Below the pieces are notes generated by a model. That model ran no database searches. It was not told the origin of the DNA and saw nothing but the letters and a program-made list of their open reading frames with translations. Of a stretch of 64,000 nt of DNA, positions 14,122-25,099 are shown piece by piece. How positions within the stretch are numbered: the stretch's first letter is position 1; each line of letters begins with the position of its first letter. This DNA is from Eledone cirrhosa (lineage: Eukaryota). The translations under genes were made by a program, and so were the position numbers. The stretch spans positions 348,254,001-348,318,000 of the forward strand of contig OZ024743.1 of the NCBI GenBank assembly GCA_964016885.1, in the 5' to 3' direction.

Positions 14122-14350
14122 TAAATCATCATTATTATTATTATTATTGGTCTAATCGGACGTATATTGCTCGCTCCCAGTAAGTCGCTTTAATTGCCTG
14201 TTAAAATTTGTTGTTAAATATTTCTTGTTGTGTAAGGGATATAAGCCCTTAGACTTTGCCCTGTGAAGGGGAAAGTATAATATTTGGGTTTTTGGCCCAA
14301 ATATTTCAGTTTTTTTTATATTTTAAAAAGTTTACGGAGAAAAAAAGAGC

Positions 14351-16338
14351 ATGGCTGAGCCAGGCCACCCAGCGATATGTCTGCTGTCGTGCCACAACGA
14401 CGTAGAAGTTGAGAGGAGCGCTACAGCGAAATTAACACAAATTGATAACACAAACACCACCATAAACCAGGTAAACAAAGACACCAATGATACCAATGAG
14501 AACTCTAAATTTGAAAAAAATGACAGTAACAGCGACAACGAAAATACAGATAACAAAACTAAATTACAAATGCAACAACAATATCAAAATCCACTAACAT
14601 GCAAACAAATAGCGACAACACCAACAGAAACAATACAACATGCACCGAGAACAACGGTGGCAAGAAAGACAACAATGATAACAGCGACAGTGATAACAAT
14701 AACACCAACGAGAAGAACGACAACGAGAACAACACCCGCAACGAAAACAGGAAGAACACTTTCGCTGCGGCAGCAGCAAAAAAGAGGCCATGCTTCAACA
14801 TGGACCTCTCAAACAAAGATGAAAAGTTGGCCCAGGCATGGAAGCTCATCAAGCAAGAGCAAACCTGGGCCAACTTAACTGTCCCGGTAGAAGCTATTGA
14901 GGCAGTGGAGTGCAGAACGGTGCATTATAGATGCATCTCAGCACAAACCAAAAGGGCAGCTTTAATCCCACAAACAGATATCGAAGTCGCGCTGAGGTGC
15001 ATCAGAGAAAACACCGAATACATAGAGAAGAGCAGACAGTACGGCACCATTTCGGTGTCGTTCAAGTCAGAAGCCCTCGCTATGAAACACGCTATGACTC
15101 CTTTCAAAACCAGCAAGGTCATAATGTACTCCTCCCACATGGGAAAAAGAACGGTCCGCTTCCGCATTCCCAGAATCCCACCAGGACTTGACATGTGGTG
15201 GCTTCTGGGATGTTGTGATTGTGGAGGGGACGGATACCGTCCCTATAGAAGTGACCAGAACGACCAGAGAGGACTGGTCCGGGGTTGACCTGGATATCCT
15301 TCTCCAGATCAGGCCCGAGAATGTGAAGACAATCCCGGTCCACATCCGCCTTCAGAATTGGACGGTCATTCACATTATGACCGAAGGCAAAAGGCCGCAG
15401 TGTTTTGTTTGTGGGGAAAAAACCCATTTGCGAGCCTTCTGCCCTCAACTGCTGAAAGAGGCAAGGGGTCGAAAGGCTCCACTGCTGCCGACGCCGGGGC
15501 ATGGACCACAACCAACACCAGCACCGGCAAAACCACCAACAACAACACCAATAGAAAGACCACCACCAACATTGACCACCCAGAGGGGAAACGAGGAAAG
15601 CTGTCAAATTCCCCTCCCCCCCAAAATACACACACCAATAAAACCATAAACATACATACAGACACACTTACAGACATACATCCCTCATCTACCAGTAGTG
15701 AAGATGAGGGAAAACCAAAATCCCCCTAAATACAAAAAAAAAGGAAACACAAAAAGAAAAAAAAAACTCAATAATGCACAAAATCACCCACAATAAAAAA
15801 CGCATACACCACCCACGCAAACATCTCTCCAATAACACCAACATCAACACCACCATCACCATCACCAGAATCCCCCAAACGCAAACAACCTAAACAAACG
15901 CAAGAAAATATATACACACAAACATCTGAAACCACAGACACCGCACTCACAACAAACACAGACACAACCGAAACAACACCACCAAAACCATCACCACCAC
16001 AGCCACGCAAACAAATAAAATCACACCAACAAAACATACAAAATGTCGTTCTCGTCAGGAGGGCCAACAATGAACTGATGGCCCTCGTAGCACGAAGTGA
16101 AAATATACAAAAAGAGGGGGAAATTTTTAAATCGAGCACATTTCGCGTGCCGGAAGATTTGGTTCTGGTGCGAATGTCGCTCGATTTATACAAAGAAAAA
16201 CGAGACAGCTTTCCTCGGGACGTGGGAAACCCGAACGTAAAACCCACTTCAAGACTTTTAAAGGCGTTCCCAAAAGAAACCCCACCAACTATGGAGGTCG
16301 AACAACCCGACCTTCACAAGAGCCCGGAAGGTAAGTAA
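14351..16338 (+). pseudogene. Tx1-like ORF1 (Asn-rich N-terminus, CCHC knuckle), frameshifted
   Basis: Pieces 14351, 14599, 15188, 16078; CFVCGEKTHLRAFC = CX2CX4HX4C. Confidence 0.85.
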
Positions 16339-16370
16339 ACCTTTCCACTCTCTCTATTTAACCTGCCAAC

Positions 16371-19347
16371 ATGGCCGTATTAAGAGTAGGATTTTTAAAT
16401 GTTCGAAGCCTGGGATCGTCCTGGAAGCAGGGTCACCTACTCAACGACCTCAGGTCTCTAGAAATGGATGTAATTGCCGTCAGCGAGAATAGGTTTTCCG
16501 ACACGCGCGCACTAGCCCCCATTTTCGACGACTATCAGATCTTTGCATCTGTTAGCCGGCCGGGAATTGGAGGCGAGGTGGCAGTGCTGTTTAGGAAAGG
16601 CCTGGATCTCGAGGTAAGGTCGATCTTCCGGGACCCGGACGGGAATTTGGTGGTCTTGGACGTGAATAATAACAAGGTGGTGTCTTTAGACTGGTGGCCG
16701 TCTATGCTCCTACTGGGGCAGGACGGCCGGACTTCTTTAGACGCCTGGAAGCCTTTCTGGGTACGTCTCGCCCTTTACTATTAGCGGGCTGTGGGAGCAT
16801 CCGATAGGGGCGGGGGGTGAAAAAGCCTCAAGAACCTGATCAGCCAGTTCCAACTGTCTGACAGGTACCGACTAGATTTCCCTAATGGGCCAGTGTGGAC
16901 CTGGGCTAACCGCATAGGGTCATCTAGATCGTATATAGACAGGATATTCATTAGGAAAATAGACAGAAATAGTGTAAGCTGTCCACGATTTGAAACGGTC
17001 GCCTATTCAGATCACGAGTTTGTGATCTGCATTGTCGACCTAGATAAGACGCGTAGGTTAGGACCTGGTTACTGGAAGCTAAACATGTCATTTCCGGCAC
17101 GTAAGGCTTACAGGGATCAGGTCAACAATTTAGTTAAGAAAAAGTTGATAGAGGGAGTCGTCAAAAATAGATGGTGGGGGGCTCTCAAAAGAGGGATTAG
17201 ATTAATGTCGATAGAGTTTAGCAAAGAAGTAGCGTTAGAGAAAAATAGAAAGGAGGGGGAGTGGTAGATAAGTTAGACGAGGCTATTGGTAGTGGCATTG
17301 CAACTGACGTGCTAGCGGCGAGAATGGCATTAGACCATTTCTTCAATGCGAAACACGAAGGTTGCATTGTCAGAGCTAAGGCGCGCGTCCCGAGAAACGA
17401 GGGAACCAAAGCTGTTCGATGGGCCCGCGTTGCAGAGGCGAAGCGTGGTAACAAAACCACGATTCTGTCTTTGACGGACTGCCACGGACACGAGCTGAAC
17501 GATTCCAAGCGAATGTGTGAGGCCATTTGCCAACATTTTGCTCGGTTGTTCGGGAGAAGTGGCGGGTCAGAGATGGTGGCGGACTTCAGTACCTACTTCG
17601 ATGGCTTGCCGCAACTCTCTACTTCTGACGCTGGGTGCGGGTAGGGTAGGGTTTAAACCTGGCTTCGGGGGGGATCTCATCAATTTAGATCAATCCGAAG
17701 CATTCGATAGGGTCGACCATCGGTACCTGGAGGCTGTCCTCAAGGTGGCTGGCTTCGGCCCCGTCTTCAGAAGCTGGATCGCTGCAATAGACAGCGGCAC
17801 CTGCTCGATGGTCAAAATTAATGGCCACCTCTCGGAACCGTTTCAGCTCTCCCGATCGGTCCGTCAAGGGTGCCCTCCCTCCTCCCTTCTCTACGTATTG
17901 ACTCTCGAGTATTTACTGCGGAAGCTGGAGGTGTTGCAGAGCATCCCGCTCGAACCGGGACGTGGAAAGGCGGTGTCGGCTTATGCGGACGACATCACCT
18001 TGATGGTGTCGGACACCTCAGAAATCGAGGTGGTCGGCAACTTATTGGAGGATATGAAAGGTTGACGGGAGCAAAACTTAAGCCGGAAAAGTCGGTGGGA
18101 TTTCAACTCGGCACCTCGAGAGGCAAGGCCATGCCGTCCAACAGCGTCACTAGGCGCTGGACGGACGGACCGGTAAAGTTGCTCGGGGTTTGGTTCGGGC
18201 CAGACCACCAGGTGGATAAGAATTGGGACGAGGTGACGGGCAGGTAACCAATCTCATCCAGAAATGGGCTGGGATGAAGCTATCACTGAAAGGTTGCGCG
18301 GAGGTGGTAAACGCGTACATCGCGTCCGTCATCTACTACCGTCTGACCATCGTCCCTTGCCCCCGTTCGCCCCGCGCCATCTTGGAGCGGCTCCTCTTCA
18401 AATGTTTGTGGAGGTGACAGGTTTCGCTGGTGAGGCGGTCTATCTGCTGCCAGCACCCTCTACGTGGAGGGCTGGGCATGCCCTGGCTAATGATGCGCAG
18501 GCACGCGCTAAGGCTGCGGCATCTCCAGATATTCTGCCTAAACGGTGAACAGGTGTGTTCACCGTTTGTCAGACGGGCCTTTCCGCAGCTCGTTTCTTAG
18601 ACTGAGCTGCAGTCCTGGGTCAAGAAAGACCGAGACTGGGTGACTGGCATCCGGAATGTTGCCAGGCACTCACTGCCCTCTGCCAGGCGGGCAATGCGGT
18701 CAGTGGAACTTCCACTCTCGAGTTCTATAGAGGATTAGTGGTGGGCATGTGCGACGACGCACTCGGAGAGGCTCTGGGCGTCAACGAAGACTAACTACCC
18801 AGTCTGTGCCGGAGGAATTTCGAGCCGAGGACGATGGATAATTTCCCAAAATACCTCGCTTGGCAGTGCTACCGGGGTCACTGCCGGTTCGAGATAAACT
18901 CTACAAGCACGGAAGTGCTGTCAGACGGACCTGCCCGAGATGCGCGCATAGCGACGAAACCGTTCTGCACGCACTCGTCCAGTGTCCATGCACTACTGAC
19001 TTGTGGAGTTATGTTGAACAGCTGTTGTCGCGTGTAGAACGGTTCCGGCTATCGGCCGAGTCCATATTGAAGATCGACCCGCCGCCTTCATTTGGCCAGG
19101 AAGGGCAGGCAATTTTCCTGTCTGGTGGCAGTAGCGAAAGAGTTTGTATGGTGGACGAGGTTGACAGGACTGAAGATAGACACTTTTCTCTACGGCCAAT
19201 CCCTCATCAACTTTTTCAAGTTACACTTGGAAAGAAAGGTGAGGGTGGAGAGAGAAGTGCTGCCCCCCAGTACATTTGCTGAAAGGTAGGTGAATGTGGC
19301 GAGAATGGCCCGTGTGAGTGGGCCTACTCTGGTCATGCGGCTGTAGG
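16371..19347 (+). pseudogene. Tx1-like ORF2 (APE endonuclease, RT, CCHC), disrupted
   Basis: LNVRSL, SYIDR, SDH, GYWKLN, LDQSEAFDRVDH, QGCPPS, YADD, CPRC..ETVLHALVQC. Confidence 0.92.
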
Positions 19348-19552
19348 TAGGTAAATTTGAGGAGGAGAGGGGTGCCTTTCCAGGGTGCATGCGAAAGGTC
19401 ATTCCCCCCCTATTGGGGAATTTTTTCTTGTAATTTGATTGTTACTTTGTTATTGTGTTTCATATTGTTTACTCGAATTTTCTGTAAAACCCCACTGTCC
19501 CAGACTTTTGTATTGTCCCCTATATGTCGGCCCTTGTGGCCAATAAATGAAA

Positions 19553-19586
<34 letters not shown>

Positions 19587-19592
19587 TAATAT

Positions 19593-19625
19593 TTCTATCT
19601 GACATACCCAGCTTTACCCGGGTAA
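19593..19625 (-). mobile_element. Possible Helitron-type 3' terminus
   Basis: Minus strand TACCCGG-GTAAAG-CTGGGTA hairpin then GATAG (CTAG-like); body not delimited. Confidence 0.3.
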
Positions 19626-19998
19626 AGAGATTAGAGAAGACAGGTAGATGTGAAAAAATGACTGTATGAGGCGAGACCGTTGTGTGCGTGTGAGAGACAA
19701 AAAAAAACGATAACAAATATTCCAGATACACCAGATTTTTCGTGTTACCGTTCGTGCATATATATAAAGATTTCTAGTTGTTCCCACTCATGAAATACCT
19801 ACATATAACTGTCCATGGGTAGAAAGTGATTTCCTTTTATGCAATTCTACAATTTTGAAACTCTGAGCCTGAGCTTATATGTATGGTCATAGAAAACTGG
19901 CTCTGATAGCGAACTGAATTCTTGAGAATTTGAAAAGCAGCACGGATGGGATGAGAAGAATCTTGGGGAAAAATGCATTTTCTCCTTGTTGATTGGTA

Positions 19999-20222
19999 GG
20001 GCGGTGAATTGGCAGTATCGATAGTGTGTCGGGCAACATGAATTGTGACATAGTGTTACAGATTTTTACGTTCTGAGTTCAAATCCCGCCGAGGTTAACT
20101 GTGCCTTTCATCCTTACTATAGGTCGATAAAATGAAGTACAAGTCACGCACAGGGTCGATTTAATCGACTTTCCCCTCCCCCAAAATTGATGACCTTGTT
20201 CCTAAATCAGAAATAATAATTA
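19999..20222 (+). mobile_element. SINE family A (long subtype)
   Basis: GGCGGTGAATTGGCAGTATCG head, GAGTTCAAATCC, conserved core, tail. Confidence 0.85.
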
Positions 20223-21384
20223 TTTTTATTGGTATATTGTATGAATGAACTGAAAACTCACCTAGATCACATTTGACTTTTATCTTTCCAGTGTGGATAT
20301 AATAAAGCAACACTCTACTATGTGGTTGGATTAATCAACTAGATACCTTCCGGAAATGTCTGGCCTTATGCGAATAACGAGGAGCGGTGGATCAGCAGAA
20401 TCATTTAAGTGTAGACTAAATTGCTGGGTAATATTCGTTCCGGCTCTTTACGTTCTGAGTTCAGATCCCGCCAATCTCGTCTTTGCTGTATACATTTACT
20501 GCCTCTCGTAGTACAGTTCTCTGTGCTTTGTATGTATGCAGTGTATTTTTTGTGGTGAGGGGCATAATTTGTAGTGACCAGTGTAGGTTAGCATGTTGGT
20601 TTAAATATTAGCACCAATCAGCAAAGTGGAGAAGCGACGTCTTCTTAAAACATTCCTCTTCAAATAGAGAAGGAAACGGTGTTTAGAATTCATAAATGTT
20701 CTAATGAAATGTTATTACCCTCTTATAAATGGGGAAATCCTGGAAAGAATGCAACAAAATATCTATTCTTAATTTCAAACAAAAACCTGCGGTGCGTCTC
20801 TATAGGCGTCACCAACAGGATAAAGAGATGCATAAATGAATCAAAAGTTTACCATGCTCAATCTATTAGAAATAGCATCTAAAGTTAGGTATTTCAAACC
20901 ATCAGCATTTTCACAAAATAAATAATTTATTGGCGAACGTATTTTATTTTATATAAAAGAAATGGGGCAGTGACAGCTGTTAGGCCGTTGATACTATGTC
21001 AAATATATAAGGTGTTGTTTGAAGATGAACATCAGCAAAAATTACATTTATAAACAGACTAGACAGAGATTGAAATATAACATACCCTCGGATTATTCCA
21101 ATCATCTAACCACTTTAGATGATGTTATGCATTAGATCGTATATTTGGAAGTGCAGATTCTTGAATCACACCACATCACTTAATAGACTATCTACGCATC
21201 ATAATCCTGCGGAATATAAATTGGTTTATGATTAAATGACAGCAAGAACAGTTCTCACAGAAATGTGTGATCCAATTAGAGATGTCTATGTGGATACATT
21301 TCTCTAGATCTATTATTCAAATCTCACCCACATTTCACACTCTCGTCTTGAAAACAGAAAGAAAACAATATTTAATATAATTAA

Positions 21385-21563
21385 AGGCGGTGGAATGGCA
21401 GTATCGGTAGAGGGTCGCACGCCATGCAAAGAGTTACGGCGCTTTATGGTCTGAGTTCAAATCCCGCCGAGGTTAACTTTGCCTTTCATCCTTACGGGGT
21501 CGATAAAATAAAGTTCCAGTAATGTACTGGATAATTGCTGGCCTTGTGCCAAAAGTAGAAACA
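21385..21563 (+). mobile_element. SINE family A, first of tandem pair
   Basis: Full-length match to 451-629. Confidence 0.9.
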
Positions 21564-21581
21564 ATTATTTTATATAATTAA

Positions 21582-21769
21582 GGGAGGTGAATTGGCAGAA
21601 TCGGTAGAGGGTTGGACACCATGCTTCGCAGCATAGAGTTATGGCCCTTTGCGTTCTGAGTTCATATCCTACCGAGGTTAACATTGCGTTTCATCCTTAC
21701 GGGGTAGATAAAATAAAGTAGCAGTAATACACTGGGATAATCGCTGGCCTTGTGCCAAAAATAGAAACA
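21582..21769 (+). mobile_element. SINE family A, second of tandem pair
   Basis: Full-length match, diverged from the first copy. Confidence 0.9.
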
Positions 21770-22584
21770 ATTATTTTATATAATTATAGGTACGCTTAAA
21801 AAGAGAGGCTGTTCACGTCTGGAATACACCTTATCTTACGTATTCCTGTTCACTATTAGAATTTGTCTATAGCAGCGAGGACCACGTTGAAGTTTGTTTT
21901 ATATTGAATGATTTAGAATAATATTCTGAGGCTCAAGACATACTTCAGTGTTGCAAATTTACCAACTATAACTGTAGAACGAAAATACCGACATTAACAA
22001 TATATTTAACAAAATTAAACGCATCTGTGTCTAACTCATTAAACGAATATAAATAAAAATTGTAGATATAGAATAAAAGGTTAACTTATTAAATCATGTT
22101 ATGAATATATATGAGATTTTGTATCGAAATAGAAATAAAAATGTATATAATGGATCTCACCAATTAAATTTACTTTAAACGTAACACGTTTTGTGGAGAA
22201 AATATGATATTGGCTGTCTAGCCTAAGAATCAACTTTGCCTTTCACCCATGTGGGAGGAGGACTAGACAAAATAAAGTTCTATTTAGGGTGGAGGATCGG
22301 CTTAATTGCATAAGTGTTGGCAGAGATACATTGCAGTAGTTTTCCAGCTCATTGCCTTGAGTTCAAATCCAACAGTAGTCTATTTAAGTGGTAAATCTAT
22401 TAGTCAACGCAATTTTTCAAAGCATTATCACCAGGATTCCATTTTGAACATAAATATTACCCTCTCTCCAACCAGTGCAGAAGGCCCTGGAAAGTTCCTC
22501 AAATTGAAAACGAGAATGGTTGCTTGAGTGATTCAAATTTCACTTCAAAATTAAGTGCTTCTCGTATTGATCGCTTTGCCATCT

Positions 22585-23092
22585 AGAGAAGAGCAGGGTG
22601 AGATAGCACTGTCCTGATAGATTGAGCTACATCATCAGTTTCAAAATTCATAGGTGAAGGCTTGCAAAATCTTTATTGTAAAGATACCATTAATCTCTAG
22701 ATATAGTTATACTTTATGTATACAGCTATGTTAGAGTGAACACCTTAATTCTATTTTCCAGTCGAACCTGCAGATAGCTCTATTTGCGAATGAGGCGAAT
22801 CTGCCCATGTACATAGGAATCGAAACTATATGTTTTCACCTACATTGAGTTCCAACTGAGAGCAGGGCAAGGGAGTACTGTCTTGATCACGACAAGAGTC
22901 AGAAACAACATTGTAGATAGTTACTCACCCTCTGCTTCTGCAAGAATCCGCTAGATGGTGCTACGTCATCGGTTCCAAATTCATAGATGAAGGCTTTCAA
23001 AATGTTTATTCGTAAACAGACTGTATGTCGTTAGATATGCAAAACCCTCTCACTTATATGTATAGAGCTATGTTACAGCGGACACTTTAATT
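22585..23092. repeat. Diverged local duplication (22585-22752 vs 22858-23092)
   Basis: Shared blocks GAGCAGGG..ACTGTC.TGAT, GCTAC.TCATC.GTT.CAAATTCATAG.TGAAGGCTT, AGCTATGTTA..TTAATT. Confidence 0.7.
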
Positions 23093-23291
23093 ATATATAT
23101 ATATATATATATCCGCAGATAGACGCGCTCCACCATCCTCTTTTCTAAAATAAGTATATCATACATAAAACGCCAGCGTCAACAGTTATTCAAGTGATAG
23201 CAACATGAATGGAGCTGTTATTTTCGTCTGAAAATATATTTTTCCGATTCAGCCCTGCCCATCCCCTCAAACTTTCTAATTTCTCATTATT

Positions 23292-23327
23292 TCTTCTGAT
23301 GAGAGAATAGTGTCCGAAACGTGAAGA
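23292..23327 (+). ncRNA. Minimal hammerhead motif, probably inactive, in a Penelope-like terminal fragment
   Basis: TCTT-CTGATGA-..-GAAAC-GTG-AAGA; stem I TCTT/AAGA; GUG triplet is not NUH. Confidence 0.55.
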
Positions 23328-23513
23328 CCCTCTTCCTTCTATTTCAAGAGTTAAACTTACATATTCCTTTCCCAAACTCTACCGTTTGTGTTGTTATTTT
23401 TGTTTATTTTTACACACACACACACACACACGTGACGTGGCACGATTCTTAACTATTTTTTAAATCTATTACTGGCAGGATCGCTTTGGAAAATTAACTG
23501 TCCTATTGAGTTT

Positions 23514-23590
23514 GTCTCCTGATGAGTTCGATAATCGAGATTTGTCCTTAATAGGATATCTCAAAATACGAACGAAACCATGGTAGGGAT
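23514..23590 (+). ncRNA. Type I hammerhead ribozyme with extended stem II
   Basis: Stem I GTCTC/GGGAT, CTGATGA 23519-23525, stem II GTTCG/CGAAC, GAAA 23574-23577, palindrome ACCATGGT, GUA triplet. Confidence 0.85.
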
Positions 23591-23966
23591 TTAATTACGG
23601 TATGTACACGTTTCTTCTATGTTTAAATTTATACCTAATTGTGTATGGTTGACGATATATTTGGTCAGTTTCTACATGCTGTTGAAATGTTGGGTAAATA
23701 CTCTATTGTGGTCAACCGCGAAGAGGCTGCTTTCGGTTATTTATTAATATTTCTTCATAGGAGCCTTTATCCTTATAGCCTGGTCTAATTGATTTTTTTT
23801 TGTATGGTTAATTATGGTAATTGGGAGAGGAAATAGTATATATTTCATCTAAGGACATAATTTATGATATATTGCTCTGATTATTTAATTTATTAATTCT
23901 TCATTGAGCCACATCGTGAACGGTTGCCACATATATATCTGTGACTTTATTTATATATATGTAAAT

Positions 23967-24008
<42 letters not shown>

Positions 24009-24043
24009 CACCATAAAGTTCATTCGGGAGAAATTATCAGGAA

Positions 24044-24092
24044 GCTTCCTGATGATTTCTCCCGAATGAAACAGTTCTAGTCCTGTAGAAGC
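24044..24092 (+). ncRNA. Type I hammerhead ribozyme
   Basis: Stem I GCTTC/GAAGC, CTGATGA 24049-24055, stem II TTC/GAA, GAAA, stem III ACAG/CTGT, GUA triplet. Confidence 0.8.
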
Positions 24093-24197
24093 CATTTCTA
24101 TATTAAATATTTATACTCTGCTATGATTTGAGTACCTTACTTAATGTGGTTACCCCCGATTTAACCCGGGATTAACTTATCGCTCTCTCTCTCTCTC

Positions 24198-24230
<33 letters not shown>

Positions 24231-24310
24231 CGTGACTATCTCCCCCTCCGCCTTTTGGGATTCTTTCTCACGTCGTGTGGACGTGTTCTTGAGACTAGTA
24301 AAATGAGGTA

Positions 24311-24400
24311 TCCTCTTGATAAGTCGGCAGACCTCGCAGGGACTCTATGTCTTTATGATATATTGTTTTTGTTTATGCCACGAAACTACGTAGTCGAGGA
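24311..24400 (+). ncRNA. Type I hammerhead ribozyme, U3-A8 core variant
   Basis: Stem I TCCTC/GAGGA, TTGATAA, stem II GT/AC plus GGCA/TGCC, GAAA, palindrome ACTACGTAGT, GUC triplet. Confidence 0.82.
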
Positions 24401-24905
24401 ATTTAGGGGCAGTTTAGGTATGATACATTTTATTACTAATTATATCTAAATGTTTCTTCTCTCTTCATAATGTATTTTTAACTCTGATACTGGTTCAGTC
24501 TAGTTCAACTGAATTGGTCTGTCCCGGTCATTCATTGAGCAACATCGGTGAAGTTGGCACCCTTAACTCACAGTTGGGTGCGGATGCATTCATGTATATA
24601 TGTGTGTGTCCGCATGTATCTGTGTGTTTCTAAATATATTGTTAATAACTCCCTCTGGTCGAGCAATCTTTGAAGTGTGGGGACAACTGGAAAGCTTCCA
24701 TTACTCATACTTCTAGCCTTCTTCACCACCTCTTCTGCGGCCTCGATATGAATACCCCCTCCGCCTCCGTGGTATTTTTTTCGTGGTTATAAGAGGCTTA
24801 GCTCCGTTTCTCGACCGTTATATCGCGTGACTATCTCCCCCTCCGCCTTTTGGGATTCTTTCTCACGTCGTGTGGACGTGTTCTTGAGACTAGTAAAATG
24901 AGGTA

Positions 24906-24995
24906 TCCTCTTGATAAGTCGGCAGACCTCGCAGGGACTCTATGTCTTTATGATATATTGTTTTTGTTTATGCCACGAAACTACGTAGTCGAGGA
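24906..24995 (+). ncRNA. Type I hammerhead ribozyme, U3-A8 variant (second repeat)
   Basis: Identical to 24311-24400. Confidence 0.82.
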
Positions 24996-25064
24996 ATTTA
25001 GGGGCAGTTTAGGTATGATACATTTTATTACTAATTATATCTAAATGTTTCTTCTCTCTTCATA

Positions 25065-25098
<34 letters not shown>

Positions 25099-25099
25099 T

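Larger units (their letters stand above)
14149..19586 (+). mobile_element. Tx1/L1-clade LINE copy A, full-length, defective
   Basis: Starts (ATT)n|GG, ends CTTGTGGCCAATAAATGAAATC(ATT)n; two ORFs; ~400-bp deletion near 17640 relative to copy C. Confidence 0.92.
24224..25070 (+). mobile_element. Non-autonomous retrozyme/Penelope-like element with 252-bp direct repeats, in (TA)n
   Basis: 24224-24475 equals 24819-25070 (595-bp offset); each repeat has a hammerhead; (TA)n on both sides. Confidence 0.8.

Noticed and set aside
22610-22650. CTGATGA on minus within the local duplication
   Set aside because: No matching GAAA or stems found.
24255-25044. Duplicated 64-aa ORF
   Set aside because: TTG start, no motif; identity comes from the non-coding direct repeat.
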